64,000 nucleotides of DNA. Source: Candidatus Doudnabacteria bacterium RIFCSPHIGHO2_02_FULL_43_13b. GTDB lineage: Bacteria; Patescibacteriota; Doudnabacteria; UBA920; O2-02-FULL-48-8. Shown in pieces: positions 39,571 to 49,295 of this stretch (position 1 is the first letter of the stretch; the number at the start of each line of letters is the position of its first letter). The translations under genes were made by a program, and so were the position numbers. The notes under the pieces were generated by a model. The model ran no database searches, was not told the DNA's origin, and saw only the letters and a list, made by a program, of their open reading frames with translations. Location: contig MFER01000013.1 in assembly GCA_001777655.1 (NCBI GenBank), positions 2,619 to 66,618 of the forward strand, written 5' to 3'.

Positions 39571-40098
39571 ATGAAATGCCCATATTGTGCGGAGGAGATT
39601 CAAAACGAAGCTAAAATTTGCAAGCATTGCAAAAGTAATTTGGTGAATCCTGCCAACAATCCTTCATTGTCAGTAGACAAGCCAAAAAGGATTTTGCATC
39701 AAAAGTTGGGAACGGGAAGCTGTTTAATTTTATTCTCGGCTATTTTTTTCATAATAATAGTTTCAGTTGCAGTTATGTCTCTAGGCGGAAATGAATCCTC
39801 TTCGGTTTCCACTCCCCAGCAATCCACGGTAGACTTCGCCAAGGTTGAAAAAGCGATGGAAGATTTAACCAAGGCGGGACTGGTCAAGAAAACAGACCCA
39901 AGCCTAAACCAGGTCTATGTAAGCAAGCCATATTGGGATGCCCAGGACATTGAAGCCAAGGAAACCGCCGCAAAAGCCTTTGCCTACTATGTCGGCTACA
40001 AGAAGGGAACCAACCTTTACTGGGTGGACATTTATGATTGGCAATCAGGCAAGCGATTAGCAAAATACAGCGAATCTTGGGGCTTCACGGTTTATTAG
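39571..40098 (+). CDS. zinc-ribbon membrane-anchored protein with extracytoplasmic domain
   Basis: CPYCAEE...CKHCKSN ribbon, one TM helix, 100-aa C-terminal domain. Confidence 0.4.
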   Translation: MKCPYCAEEIQNEAKICKHCKSNLVNPANNPSLSVDKPKRILHQKLGTGSCLILFSAIFFIIIVSVAVMSLGGNESSSVSTPQQSTVDFAKVEKAMEDLTKAGLVKKTDPSLNQVYVSKPYWDAQDIEAKETAAKAFAYYVGYKKGTNLYWVDIYDWQSGKRLAKYSESWGFTVY

Positions 40099-40168
40099 TT
40101 ACGTGTAACCATTTTCAGAAGAAACGGCAGCTATTTAATTTAATCTGAAATCGGGATATAATTTATCT

Positions 40169-40690
40169 ATGGCAAAAGACCTTGAGAACAAAATCAACAA
40201 GAATTCCATATCCCTGGCTGGCGAATTTGCCGTGCTTTCCCAACTGGCCTTGCGTGGTTACGACGCAAACATGACCTTGGGTCATACCAAAAGCGTTGAT
40301 ATTTTGGTTTCCAATCCCAAGAATCATCAAATGTATCAGTTGGAGGTTAAAACCAACTTTGCCAGCTCACGCTCTCAAGGTTCAAATTCCAAATTGTTTG
40401 GCAAGATAGTCAGTGCCTGGATTATGGGTGATAAGCACGAAACCATAACCAGCCCTAATCTTTTTTACTGCTTCGTCAACATTGGCAGAGATACTAACGT
40501 CTTTCGTTTCTTTATCGTCCCAAGCAAAGCGGTGGCTGAATACGTTAAGGTGCAACATCAGTTATTCAGGAGCAACGGAGGCAATGATAACCCAATGCGT
40601 ATGTTTCGTATCGGTTTGAAAGCCGAACAATACGCAATTCCAACTCCGACAGTCGAGCAGTATGAAAATAATTGGGAATTTAAGGAATAA
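40169..40690 (+). CDS. PD-(D/E)xK nuclease-fold protein (Hjc/DUF4365-like core)
   Basis: GEFAVLSQLALRGYDAN...VDILVSN...YQLEVKT gives E...D...E-x-K arrangement. Confidence 0.4.
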   Translation: MAKDLENKINKNSISLAGEFAVLSQLALRGYDANMTLGHTKSVDILVSNPKNHQMYQLEVKTNFASSRSQGSNSKLFGKIVSAWIMGDKHETITSPNLFYCFVNIGRDTNVFRFFIVPSKAVAEYVKVQHQLFRSNGGNDNPMRMFRIGLKAEQYAIPTPTVEQYENNWEFKE

Positions 40691-40696
40691 ATTTTT

Positions 40697-40858
40697 ATGG
40701 CTTGGTACGGAAATTCAAAAGGACACGCCGAATCGGGTAGGAAAGGCGGCAAGGCCCAGGGCAAGCGTAATAACCCAGGCAACTTTGCCAATGACAGAAA
40801 GAAAGCGGCAAGAGCTGGGCGTAAGGGCGGATTAAGCAAGCCGAGTATTACTAAATAA
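40697..40858 (+). CDS. KGG-repeat general stress protein (YciG-like), 53 aa
   Basis: Not in ORF track (<60 aa); GRKGGKAQGKRNNPGNFANDRKKAARAGRKGG repeats. Confidence 0.6.
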   Translation: MAWYGNSKGHAESGRKGGKAQGKRNNPGNFANDRKKAARAGRKGGLSKPSITK

Positions 40859-40902
40859 AATTCAAAGAATAGTTGCGGTCAGAATTATTATTTTGAATAA
40901 CA

Positions 40903-41526
40903 TTGAAAAAAAAGAAATCCACCCCGATTAGCAAACTTGAATTATTGAGATATAAATCGGATTTTCAATCGGGCATAATTAAATTACGAAAAAAGTGGGG
41001 AGTCCCAGAGAACGGTTTTGATATTTATAAGGAATATAGAGCATGGGAAAATAAAGTCTTTTATAAAAATGGCGAAGCAATTATTTCAGACCTAAATTTA
41101 CTTAAGAAGGAGGGCCTAAAATCAAATCCGGTTTATAATATATTATTTTTGTGGGATTATTTTGCAAAAAGCGAACGTATAAGAAACATCGAGCCGAAAA
41201 ACGAGCTTTCGGTTCAGCTTCACACAAAGGACTTGAGAGTTACCGTTAATAATCTAAACCCCTCGACTACCCAGGAAGATTGGCTTGATTTGTGGCCTAT
41301 GATTAAAAAATTCCAACATTTTTTACCCAATTATGTTGCAAATAGGCGTTCAAGAAAATCAACGAACTGGATAATTGCCAAATTCGCACATGAACAGGCA
41401 CTAAATGGGATTAAACATAAGGATATAAAGACAAGTATAAAAAAAGAATTCGGAATAACATACGACACTTCATATATTTCAAAGTTAATACGAAGGTTCA
41501 AGGAATTTATAGAAAAAGACACTTAA
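40903..41526 (+). CDS. hypothetical protein
   Basis: 207 aa, followed by clear hairpin terminator. Confidence 0.3.
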   Translation: MKKKKSTPISKLELLRYKSDFQSGIIKLRKKWGVPENGFDIYKEYRAWENKVFYKNGEAIISDLNLLKKEGLKSNPVYNILFLWDYFAKSERIRNIEPKNELSVQLHTKDLRVTVNNLNPSTTQEDWLDLWPMIKKFQHFLPNYVANRRSRKSTNWIIAKFAHEQALNGIKHKDIKTSIKKEFGITYDTSYISKLIRRFKEFIEKDT

Positions 41527-41559
41527 GTCTGGCTTAACTGACTTCGACACTTTTATAGG

Positions 41560-41592
41560 CTACATCTTATACTGGATGTAGTTTTATTTTTG
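41560..41592 (+). terminator. rho-independent terminator
   Basis: CTACATC...GATGTAG stem then TTTTATTTTT. Confidence 0.55.
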
Positions 41593-41877
41593 CAAATTTA
41601 TTTTTAATCAGTGATTTAATTCACGGTCAAAGACCCGATAGAGGGCTTGAGCATTCATCTGACCGTGAACTCAAGCCTTGTGTCGGTTTTTAATTAGCAT
41701 TGTAATTTTATGTCCAAAGAAGAATTCGAAATTAGCTGGAATCACGTTGCCAGCCAAGATTCAGAAGATAAAATCCTTGAGGCCTTTAAGATTCTTTTAG
41801 GGGAATAGTTTCATCGTAACTAAAAAAACTTTAATTCCCAGTCGTTACGCAAATCTTAACAAATTTATGGAAATGTC

Positions 41878-42114
41878 ATGCAAACTAAATCATATCAAAC
41901 CAAAGATTTCTACATAGCCGCCGTGCTTTACGCTTCCGGTCAGGTGATTTCGTCATCGGAGTGGAGCAATGGCAAGTGTTATTTTAATTTTGAAAATCCA
42001 AAGAAATGCGAACAGGTAGTCGGCGGATATTATCAAAACAAGGTCATTATGGACGCAAAAAAATTGATTGATGCAATTCAGACGATAAAAAGCATCATCC
42101 ACTCGGAGAACTAA
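41878..42114 (+). CDS. hypothetical small protein
   Basis: 78 aa. Confidence 0.3.
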   Translation: MQTKSYQTKDFYIAAVLYASGQVISSSEWSNGKCYFNFENPKKCEQVVGGYYQNKVIMDAKKLIDAIQTIKSIIHSEN

Positions 42115-42142
42115 ATTATTAAGAAAGATGAGATGAAATGTT

Positions 42143-42622
42143 ATGAAAGACTTCACGATGATTCCTAACGAGACATACGAAGCGTTTTTGTGTGGCGAAA
42201 TTACACTTTCCGAGTGGGCGGTGCTTATATGGATATACCAAAAATCCAATCCTACTAAGGGCAGAAGCGTTGTTAACTATCCAGACATGGTTTCTCAATT
42301 CAAACCGTTAATAAAATATGACAATGCCAGAAAAATCCTCTCATCACTACGGAAGCACAAGTGGGTATATTTCAAGCCCCATCGGGGAAGTGGTGGAGCA
42401 TTTCCCGTATATCCATGCCCACTCATGCTGTCGAGCGGGCAAATACAAGTGATTGACAGGGTTACGGGAGAGAGAAAAGTTATAGATGACCCCGACCCTA
42501 GACCTAAACTTAGACGCAAACGAACCCTTGTTCCGCCAAACTCATCACAACTTTCGTCCTCGAATCACAACAGTGACAAGCAAAATGCCCCGTCAATTAA
42601 AGGTCAAGGTCAGCTTGAATAA
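42143..42622 (+). CDS. hypothetical protein with possible N-terminal winged helix
   Basis: 159 aa; followed by GGCGGCGTAAACGCCGCC hairpin. Confidence 0.3.
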   Translation: MKDFTMIPNETYEAFLCGEITLSEWAVLIWIYQKSNPTKGRSVVNYPDMVSQFKPLIKYDNARKILSSLRKHKWVYFKPHRGSGGAFPVYPCPLMLSSGQIQVIDRVTGERKVIDDPDPRPKLRRKRTLVPPNSSQLSSSNHNSDKQNAPSIKGQGQLE

Positions 42623-42808
42623 TAGTTCGTTCACAACCCTCTATATTTAGACTGATACTTAAACCTAGACCTAGACGAAGTAAAGAAAAGATAAGTAAAG
42701 AGAGAGGCGGCGTAAACGCCGCCACAACATCAAAGTGCTCACTTAAACGAATTAAGTAATATATTCAGATTAGAGTTAAAACCTGTCCGTCCCGCCAATT
42801 TAATGTCG

Positions 42809-43053
42809 CTGTTTCTTGAGAAATACGACGTATTGCGACAAGAACGACAATAAAATTTATGGAAAATGAAATTGTAGGAAATTTAGATTTGGCCTGTACA
42901 CGCCTGTACGAGCCTGTGAATTTATGAATTTGTTGTTTCTTGAGAAAAACGACGCACAGCGACGCAGACGACGCAGAATTTTATGGAAAATGAGATTGTA
43001 AAAAATTAAGAATTTGCCTGTACATGACTGTATAAGCCTGTGAACTTATGGAA
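42809..43053. repeat. two ~124-bp tandem repeat units with internal short direct repeats (iteron-like)
   Basis: Units begin GTTTCTTGAGAAA (42811, 42935); each contains GACGCA-type and 3x GCCTGTAYR sub-repeats. Confidence 0.6.
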
Positions 43054-43379
43054 GAAAGAGACTGTCAAAATTAAGGGTTTAGTCTTGCGTTTAGGGTGCA
43101 AAAGTGGGTTAAGGGAAATAAATCATAATTTTTGCACAAGGTTTCAAAATCCATAGGAGGACGGTGGCGGGCTTGGTTCTGTCCTACCACTCCAACAATC
43201 GCATCCCTGCCGTCATAAGCGGTAAATCGAAAATTACGAACGTCGGGGGCTAATCAAACCAAAGCCCAACCACCCAAAGAAGCCAAAGGATAATTTTGTT
43301 TCTCTTACTTGCGGTCATGTGGTCAAAAGTTATGATTCAATCATAAACCACCAACGCAGGAGGGAGAAAGCAAAAATTT

Positions 43380-44351
43380 ATGGGCAAGGCTAAGAATCAA
43401 ACTTTGTTTGGAAACGAAATGCCAGAACACAACGGTTTCCCCACGAACTTGTTGACATCAGGGTTGCAAAAAGCTATTAGGAGGAACGATGAACAAAGGG
43501 CGTTGAAGATAACCAAGGCCCTATTCCGGCAGGACCCGCAGTCATTCCTTCGTCGCATAGTGGTAATAGCCGCAGAAGATTGCCTAGTTTTGCCAGCCAC
43601 CGGCAAAATCGTGGAGCTTGCCAGAGAGTACGGCTCCAAAAAACGGATAGCGGCAATGACGAAAGAAAAAATCCAAGCCGATTGCCAGTTTGCTCTTGAA
43701 ATCGTCCAACAGCTTGCTCTCTGTCCCGTGCGAGACTATGACGGCGGAGGATATGTTCCTTATCTTTACCACAAGAAGGACATCAACAAGTTGCCGACTG
43801 ACACGACAGGGTTATCTAAAAAAGAAGCCGAGCTGGTGGGAGCCATCCGCAAGCGTAAGGCGATGGGAGGTATGCGTGGTGACTTATGGACGTTGGAAAT
43901 AGTTGCCCATATATGGACTGACCGCTTCAAGCGAAAACAATTCACCGTCAAGCAGTTGGAAAATTATTTCCCAGAGCCGACGGTCAAGGCCGAAGAAATA
44001 TCAGACCAACCTGACGAGTCGGACATTCCGATAGAAACGATTGACAGCCATTGTTCGGGAATTGTGCCGATATTGCTGAAAAAGCCGCAAGTCACGGCGG
44101 CGATTAAAGCGGCGTGGGGAAACATGACGAGTGAGATGATGGAAACTAAACTGAAGCAGACGTTGTTTTATTGCAGAAGCTGGATAAATTTCAAGGCAGA
44201 CATCATTTCCGGCAGAACGTTCGACAGGTTCGGGACAATTGTTTACGAAGACAAGCCGCTTGAGCAGGAAAAAATAAGGAGGGTGTATGAGGAAATAGCG
44301 CAGGAGGTAAATAAACTTAGTCGCTGGATTATCCAGCAGTCATTAAAGTAA
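43380..44351 (+). CDS. hypothetical protein (323 aa) downstream of iteron-like repeats
   Basis: No motif recognised. Confidence 0.3.
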   Translation: MGKAKNQTLFGNEMPEHNGFPTNLLTSGLQKAIRRNDEQRALKITKALFRQDPQSFLRRIVVIAAEDCLVLPATGKIVELAREYGSKKRIAAMTKEKIQADCQFALEIVQQLALCPVRDYDGGGYVPYLYHKKDINKLPTDTTGLSKKEAELVGAIRKRKAMGGMRGDLWTLEIVAHIWTDRFKRKQFTVKQLENYFPEPTVKAEEISDQPDESDIPIETIDSHCSGIVPILLKKPQVTAAIKAAWGNMTSEMMETKLKQTLFYCRSWINFKADIISGRTFDRFGTIVYEDKPLEQEKIRRVYEEIAQEVNKLSRWIIQQSLK

Positions 44352-44613
44352 TCAAGAAAGTAAATAATTTATGAGCATTTTATGCAAAGGTTATCAACTG
44401 GGTGGTTCGTCCGAGGCAAGATTGACAAGTATAATGAAAAATTTTGCCAACAGGCGGACAAGAGAAGGCAAGCAAAGGTCGCAAAAAAGCAAAAGACCCA
44501 AGCCGATAAGCAGTAGGTCTTTAGCGGAAACCAATTAAGCGTCGTAACGCCTAACCGTTTGTCTGTATTATAATACGACATTCGGAAAAGCGGAAGACCT
44601 GAAGATTAGAATT

Positions 44614-46347
44614 ATGAATGTTACAATTTATGGTCGTGTTTCAACGGAAGAGCAGAAAAAGAAGGAAAATATCGACTCCCAAGTCGACGAGTTAGAAAAA
44701 TTGGCTAAAGAGAGCAAGGGAGAGTATTCGCTAATCAATGATTATAAATATCTTGATGATGGTTGGAGCGGAGGCATCTTAAACCGTCCGGCGTTAGATA
44801 AGTTAAGAGAGGATGCGACTAGGGGTTTATTCTCGGCCGTATTGGTCAATGATGTAGACAGGCTTTCAAGGGACAATACCCACTTAGGAATCATAATAAA
44901 AGACCTGAGGCGTAAGGGCGTGCGGGTAATTTTTCGAAAGCATCCTGGCGAGCAGAACCCCCAAACGAATTTACTCATAAACATTTTGGGGTCGTATGCG
45001 GAGTTTGAGAAAGAAATGATAGCGGGAAGAACTCGGAGAGGGCGAATGTATAAAGCTCAGGTGCTGAAAAAAATTGTCGGGAGCAGACCGCCTTATGGTT
45101 ATAGATACATCAAAGGTGATAAGAGCAAAAATATATTCGGTTATTATGAAGTGGTTCCATCTGAAGCCGAAGTCGTTAAAATGATGTTTAATTGGGTAGC
45201 CTATGAAAAGAAAACCGCCAGAGAAGTTGTTAGAGAATTAACGAGAAGAAAAATTCCAACCAAGAAAAAAAATACGAAGTGGGCGAAAAGCACGGTTCTA
45301 AGAATCCTGCATAGAACTGATTATATATGCAAGCTGTATTACAACAAGCAAGAATGTGTTGAAACTGACAAACACATCAATACTGATTTGAAGCCTCGCA
45401 AACAGTTAAAATCAGGCAGACGGACAAGACCAATCGAAGAATGGATACTCATACCCTTACCTGAACATTTGAGAATTATCAGCGATAAGACTTTTGATTT
45501 AGTTCAAAAATCAATAACAAATAATTTGTCGTTTTCTCCCAGAAACGGTAAGCGGGAATACTTGCTTAGAGGCAGGGTGTATTGCGGTTTGTGCGGATGT
45601 CTTTATCAGGGCATACCGTGCCACGGGAAAACTTACTATCGTTGCGGAAACAGGGGCAAGACATTCCCAGAACCAAGAACGTGCTTTGCACCGACCATAA
45701 CGACTTCTAAACTTGACCAGCCTGTATGGGAAGCATTGACTAGAGCAATACAGAATCCCAGATTGATTGTGGAACAGGTCAAAAAAATTAAATCTTCTCG
45801 ATATTCGGAAGAAGACAAAATTCGGGGGCAGATAGACGAATTAGCAAAGCAGGTTAACAGCTACGACCAAGAAGAAGAACGGGTCTTGGAGGCTTACAGG
45901 CATAAGGTGATTACGCTTGAGCAGTTGAATAAAGAGATGACTAAAATTCGCCAGGAAAGAGCCGTCTTTATTCAGCAACGTGATGAATTATTAGCCAAGC
46001 TAAGCAAGGTTTTACCCGAAGACGCTGAAAAGTCCGTCATAGCATACTGTGCGATTGTAAAAGCCAAATTAGAGAAAATGAGCTTTACAGAGAAACAACA
46101 ACTATTGCGGCTATTGGTTAGCAAGATAGTTTTGCAGGACAAGAGATTTGAGATAGACGCAGAGATACCATTGGTTGACAGCGATTATCTAAAATCCTTC
46201 AAAAACAGCAAAATCCTTGAAAATGATGAAGCAAGTTCAATTAGGAACATAAGCTCCTGCTTTCCGGACCCCCCGGTACAGGCAAAACCTTGTTGGCGAA
46301 AGCCCTCTCCTCTATTTTACCCAAACCCACGGTCAGCGAGGTGCTAG
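44614..46347 (+). CDS. large serine recombinase (resolvase/invertase N-domain plus recombinase and zinc-ribbon domains)
   Basis: YGRVSTEEQ catalytic Ser, DRLSRD, Cys cluster CGLCGC...YYRCGN; ORF tail runs across the comM junction. Confidence 0.85.
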   Translation: MNVTIYGRVSTEEQKKKENIDSQVDELEKLAKESKGEYSLINDYKYLDDGWSGGILNRPALDKLREDATRGLFSAVLVNDVDRLSRDNTHLGIIIKDLRRKGVRVIFRKHPGEQNPQTNLLINILGSYAEFEKEMIAGRTRRGRMYKAQVLKKIVGSRPPYGYRYIKGDKSKNIFGYYEVVPSEAEVVKMMFNWVAYEKKTAREVVRELTRRKIPTKKKNTKWAKSTVLRILHRTDYICKLYYNKQECVETDKHINTDLKPRKQLKSGRRTRPIEEWILIPLPEHLRIISDKTFDLVQKSITNNLSFSPRNGKREYLLRGRVYCGLCGCLYQGIPCHGKTYYRCGNRGKTFPEPRTCFAPTITTSKLDQPVWEALTRAIQNPRLIVEQVKKIKSSRYSEEDKIRGQIDELAKQVNSYDQEEERVLEAYRHKVITLEQLNKEMTKIRQERAVFIQQRDELLAKLSKVLPEDAEKSVIAYCAIVKAKLEKMSFTEKQQLLRLLVSKIVLQDKRFEIDAEIPLVDSDYLKSFKNSKILENDEASSIRNISSCFPDPPVQAKPCWRKPSPLFYPNPRSARC

Positions 46348-47129
46348 AAATAACTAAAATTTACAGCGTGGCGGGCTTGCTGCATTCGAACAAGAATCTG
46401 GTCACCACCAGACCGTTTCGCCATCCTCATCATACTTCTTCGTCCATCGCTTTAGTGGGCGGTGGCTCGATGCCCAAACCCGGTGAAATATCCTTAGCTC
46501 ATCGGGGGGTGCTATTCCTAGATGAATTCCCTGAATTTGGCCGGTCGGCTTTGGAAAACTTAAGACAACCCTTAGAAGATGGGGTGGTTACGGTTGCCCG
46601 CGCTGCCGCCACCCTGACTTTTCCCGCCCAATTCACGATGGTTGCTGCCCAAAATCCCTGTCCTTGCGGCTATTATTCCGATCCGGGCAAAACCTGTACT
46701 TGTTCACCATCACAAATCATGAAGTACCAAAAAAAAATCTCAGGTCCTCTCCTTGATCGGATTGATCTTTGCGTCGAGGTCGGCAGGGTGGAGTATGAAA
46801 AACTGGCTTCTGATGATCTAACCGAATCATCTGCAGATATACAAAAACGCGTGCAAACTGCGCGCAATGTTCAAACTAAGCGATTTGCCAAATACCCAAA
46901 TATAAAAACTAATTCAGAAATGGGGATTCGAGAAATCAGGGAGTTTTGTAAACTTGATGATAGTGGTCAAAATTTTATGAAATCTGCCGTGATTAAGATG
47001 TATCTATCCGCGCGTTCTTATCATCGGATCTTAAAACTTGGACGAACAATCGCAGACCTCGAAGGTTCAGAGGATATTAAAATTCCGCACTTGGCGGAAG
47101 CAATTCAGTATCGCCCCAAGGTAGAATAA
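46245..47129 (+). pseudogene. comM: comM/yifB 3' fragment (AAA+ ATPase and C-terminal domains)
   Basis: Frame opens after TAG at 46242: EHKLLLSGPPGTGKTLLAKAL (Walker A), VLFLDEFPEF (Walker B), Mg-chelatase C-terminus. Confidence 0.8.
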
Positions 47130-47132
47130 TTT

Positions 47133-47211
47133 TTGGTGGGCCTGCCTGGACTTGAACCAGGAACCGTTCGGATATAAGCCGAATGCTCTAACCAGTTGAG
47201 CTACAGGCCCG
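47133..47211 (-). tRNA. tRNA with anticodon TAT (Ile, AUA-reading) - anticodon assignment tentative
   Basis: Reverse complement GCGGGCCTGTAGCTCAACTGGTTAGAGCATTCGGCTTATATCCGAA...GGTTCAAGTCC...CCA. Confidence 0.55.
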
Positions 47212-47229
47212 CAATCAAACTATTATATT

Positions 47230-47979
47230 TTATTTCCGAAACAAGGGCAAGACGGCGCCAATTATTCCTGCGTGCTTGAGTTGGGAAATCTTAACGAGAG
47301 TTTTGATTTGGAAACGCTGATTGTTTCTAATCAGTTCATCAAATAACTGTTGCATACCCTTCAGTCTCGACCAGCCCCCGCCAACAATGATTATTTCTGG
47401 GTCGAACGATCGGGTAATGAAATATAATAATAATTCCAAATACTTGCGGGCGTATCTGGCGTTTTTAAAATTACCCGCCCGTTTCACATACTGCTCGAAG
47501 GTTTTTCCATTCGGAATCACAAAGTGTCCCATTTCGCCGGCGATCGAATTCGCACCAAAATAAATTTTCTTATTCATGACAATCCCCACCCCAATGCCGG
47601 TGCCTAAAATAACACCCACGACAATATTAAATTTTTTTCCGCTACCCAGAATCGCTTCCGCCAAAGCAAACGCTTTCGCGTCATTCATCACATTAACCGG
47701 AACACAAAACTTTTTTTGGAATACTTGTTTTAAATTAACCAACTTTAGATGTTGAATATTCGGCAGATGAACTACTAAGCCAGAAGATAAGACCTGACCA
47801 GGAACCCCGATCCCAATCGCATCAAAATTATGATAAGACAAAACCAGATCCCGAAGCTGGCTAATCAGATCCGTCTGAGAAGTGCGCAAAACCTTAATTT
47901 TGCTGACTCGAAAGGACTTATCCACAAGACCTGCAGCGATTTTCGTCCCCCCCACATCAATCCCTAGAATTTGTTTCAT
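47230..47979 (-). CDS. ROK-family sugar kinase (glucokinase-like)
   Basis: ILGIDVGGTKIAAGLV N-terminus, ROK glycine-rich motifs. Confidence 0.7.
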   Translation of the reverse strand: MKQILGIDVGGTKIAAGLVDKSFRVSKIKVLRTSQTDLISQLRDLVLSYHNFDAIGIGVPGQVLSSGLVVHLPNIQHLKLVNLKQVFQKKFCVPVNVMNDAKAFALAEAILGSGKKFNIVVGVILGTGIGVGIVMNKKIYFGANSIAGEMGHFVIPNGKTFEQYVKRAGNFKNARYARKYLELLLYFITRSFDPEIIIVGGGWSRLKGMQQLFDELIRNNQRFQIKTLVKISQLKHAGIIGAVLPLFRK

Positions 47980-48398
47980 AATTCTATTTTATCACTCGCG
48001 GAACTATTAGTTAACAATAACAAAAATAGTCCCAATGCAATCAACACATCAGCAAAGTTAAAAGTAAATGCCCAGCCCAAATCTAAAAAGTCTCGAACGT
48101 AACCAAGGTAGATCCTGTCGGCGAGGTTTGAAATCGCGCCGGCAAAAATCAAAACCGCTGACGATTGTCCGAGGAATTTCAAACCGCGACGGTGCTTGAA
48201 ATAATAATAAATAAAAAATCCCAGGGCAGCCAGGATGATTATTAAATTATTAAGTAGACCAAAGTTAAAGGAAAAAAATATCCCGAAATTTTTTACTGGG
48301 TGAATATGAAGCAAGCCTATAAAAAAATCACGACCCCAGAAAATTAGCTTCGTGATTTGATCAAGTAAAATTAAAAGAAAAATTTTCCTGTGCATCAA
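47976..48398 (-). CDS. lspA: lipoprotein signal peptidase II
   Basis: GAISNLADR and FNFADV conserved LspA motifs. Confidence 0.8.
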   Translation of the reverse strand: MMHRKIFLLILLDQITKLIFWGRDFFIGLLHIHPVKNFGIFFSFNFGLLNNLIIILAALGFFIYYYFKHRRGLKFLGQSSAVLIFAGAISNLADRIYLGYVRDFLDLGWAFTFNFADVLIALGLFLLLLTNSSASDKIEL

Positions 48399-48400
48399 AA

Positions 48401-48757
48401 CTATTTACTATGTTTGATGCAAGTCTCCGCCGCCGGCTCAGCTCGGAGTCTGGCCTCATCGATATCGTCTCCCCCCACACATTTACCATATGATCCATCG
48501 GCAATCCGTTTTAGCGCGGCCTCAACTTTCGTAAGACGCGCTTCCAAATCTTGACTTAGTGAAAGATCGTTGGCGAACTGTTCAACCTCGGAAGCGTTCT
48601 CGCCTTCTTCACTGCCAAGTTCGGTAAAGGTAGGTTTATATTCGCCGGGAAATTCTCCCTTCCCTTCAAGCTTGCCTTCGTGGCCAAGAGTTATTCGCAG
48701 TTGTTTTTGCTCTGCTAGTAGTTTGACCTTGTTTTCTTCCATTAGTGATTTATTCAT
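48401..48757 (-). CDS. DksA/TraR-family zinc-finger protein
   Basis: C-terminal G.YGKCVGGD...ETCIKH zinc-finger-like region, coiled-coil N-terminus. Confidence 0.55.
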   Translation of the reverse strand: MNKSLMEENKVKLLAEQKQLRITLGHEGKLEGKGEFPGEYKPTFTELGSEEGENASEVEQFANDLSLSQDLEARLTKVEAALKRIADGSYGKCVGGDDIDEARLRAEPAAETCIKHSK

Positions 48758-49259
48758 ATGTCATCATTATATCAAGCGTTTAAATTTTTAGCCAAGTCCG
48801 ACGCTAGGTCGGACTTGCTCCGACTCGATAACCCGACGTCGGAGCAACAAAAAAAGCCTAGGTTCAACTTTGGCTCTGTATGTCAACTAACTATTTAGTG
48901 GATACAGAGCGGATCATACCGCCCGTAAATAAAATATTATGTGACGAGATCCGCCCTGTGAGCGGCTTCTACTGAAGCTCGTCCCCGCTTATCCAAAAAA
49001 GGAAAAGCAGAGGCCAACATTCATATTGTAGATGCCGTAGAAAGAACGCCTATATATCTAACCGCTATATAAGTGTGAGGTTCTTCACTGTTCTTGTGGT
49101 CGCTTGCGCAACCTAACAAACTTTTGTTTTGTATTTATTTTATTTTATATACAAAGATTTTTGTTTTTGTTTTACAGTCAGCTGGGTTAGAACAGCTATG
49201 ACGAATAGTGGAGAACGCCAAAGGCTCAATTTTTAAGCATTTGGCTTTCTCCGCTACCT

Positions 49260-49295
49260 GTCCCGCCGCTGGCGGGACCCTTTTGTATTTATTTT
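49260..49295 (+). terminator. orphan plus-strand rho-independent terminator in dksA-recA intergenic region
   Basis: GTCCCGCC-GCTG-GGCGGGAC stem then CCTTTTGTATTTATTTTT; no plus-strand CDS upstream. Confidence 0.5.

Larger units (their letters stand above)
34593..46244. mobile_element. integrative element (~11.7 kb) inserted in comM
   Basis: Bounded by the two halves of comM; tyrosine recombinase at left end, large serine recombinase at right end; cargo of defence-like genes. Confidence 0.7.

Noticed and set aside
42809-43053. Possible CRISPR array
   Set aside because: Only two ~124-bp imperfect units with nested short repeats. There is no regular 25-40-bp repeat-spacer periodicity and no cas1 nearby.
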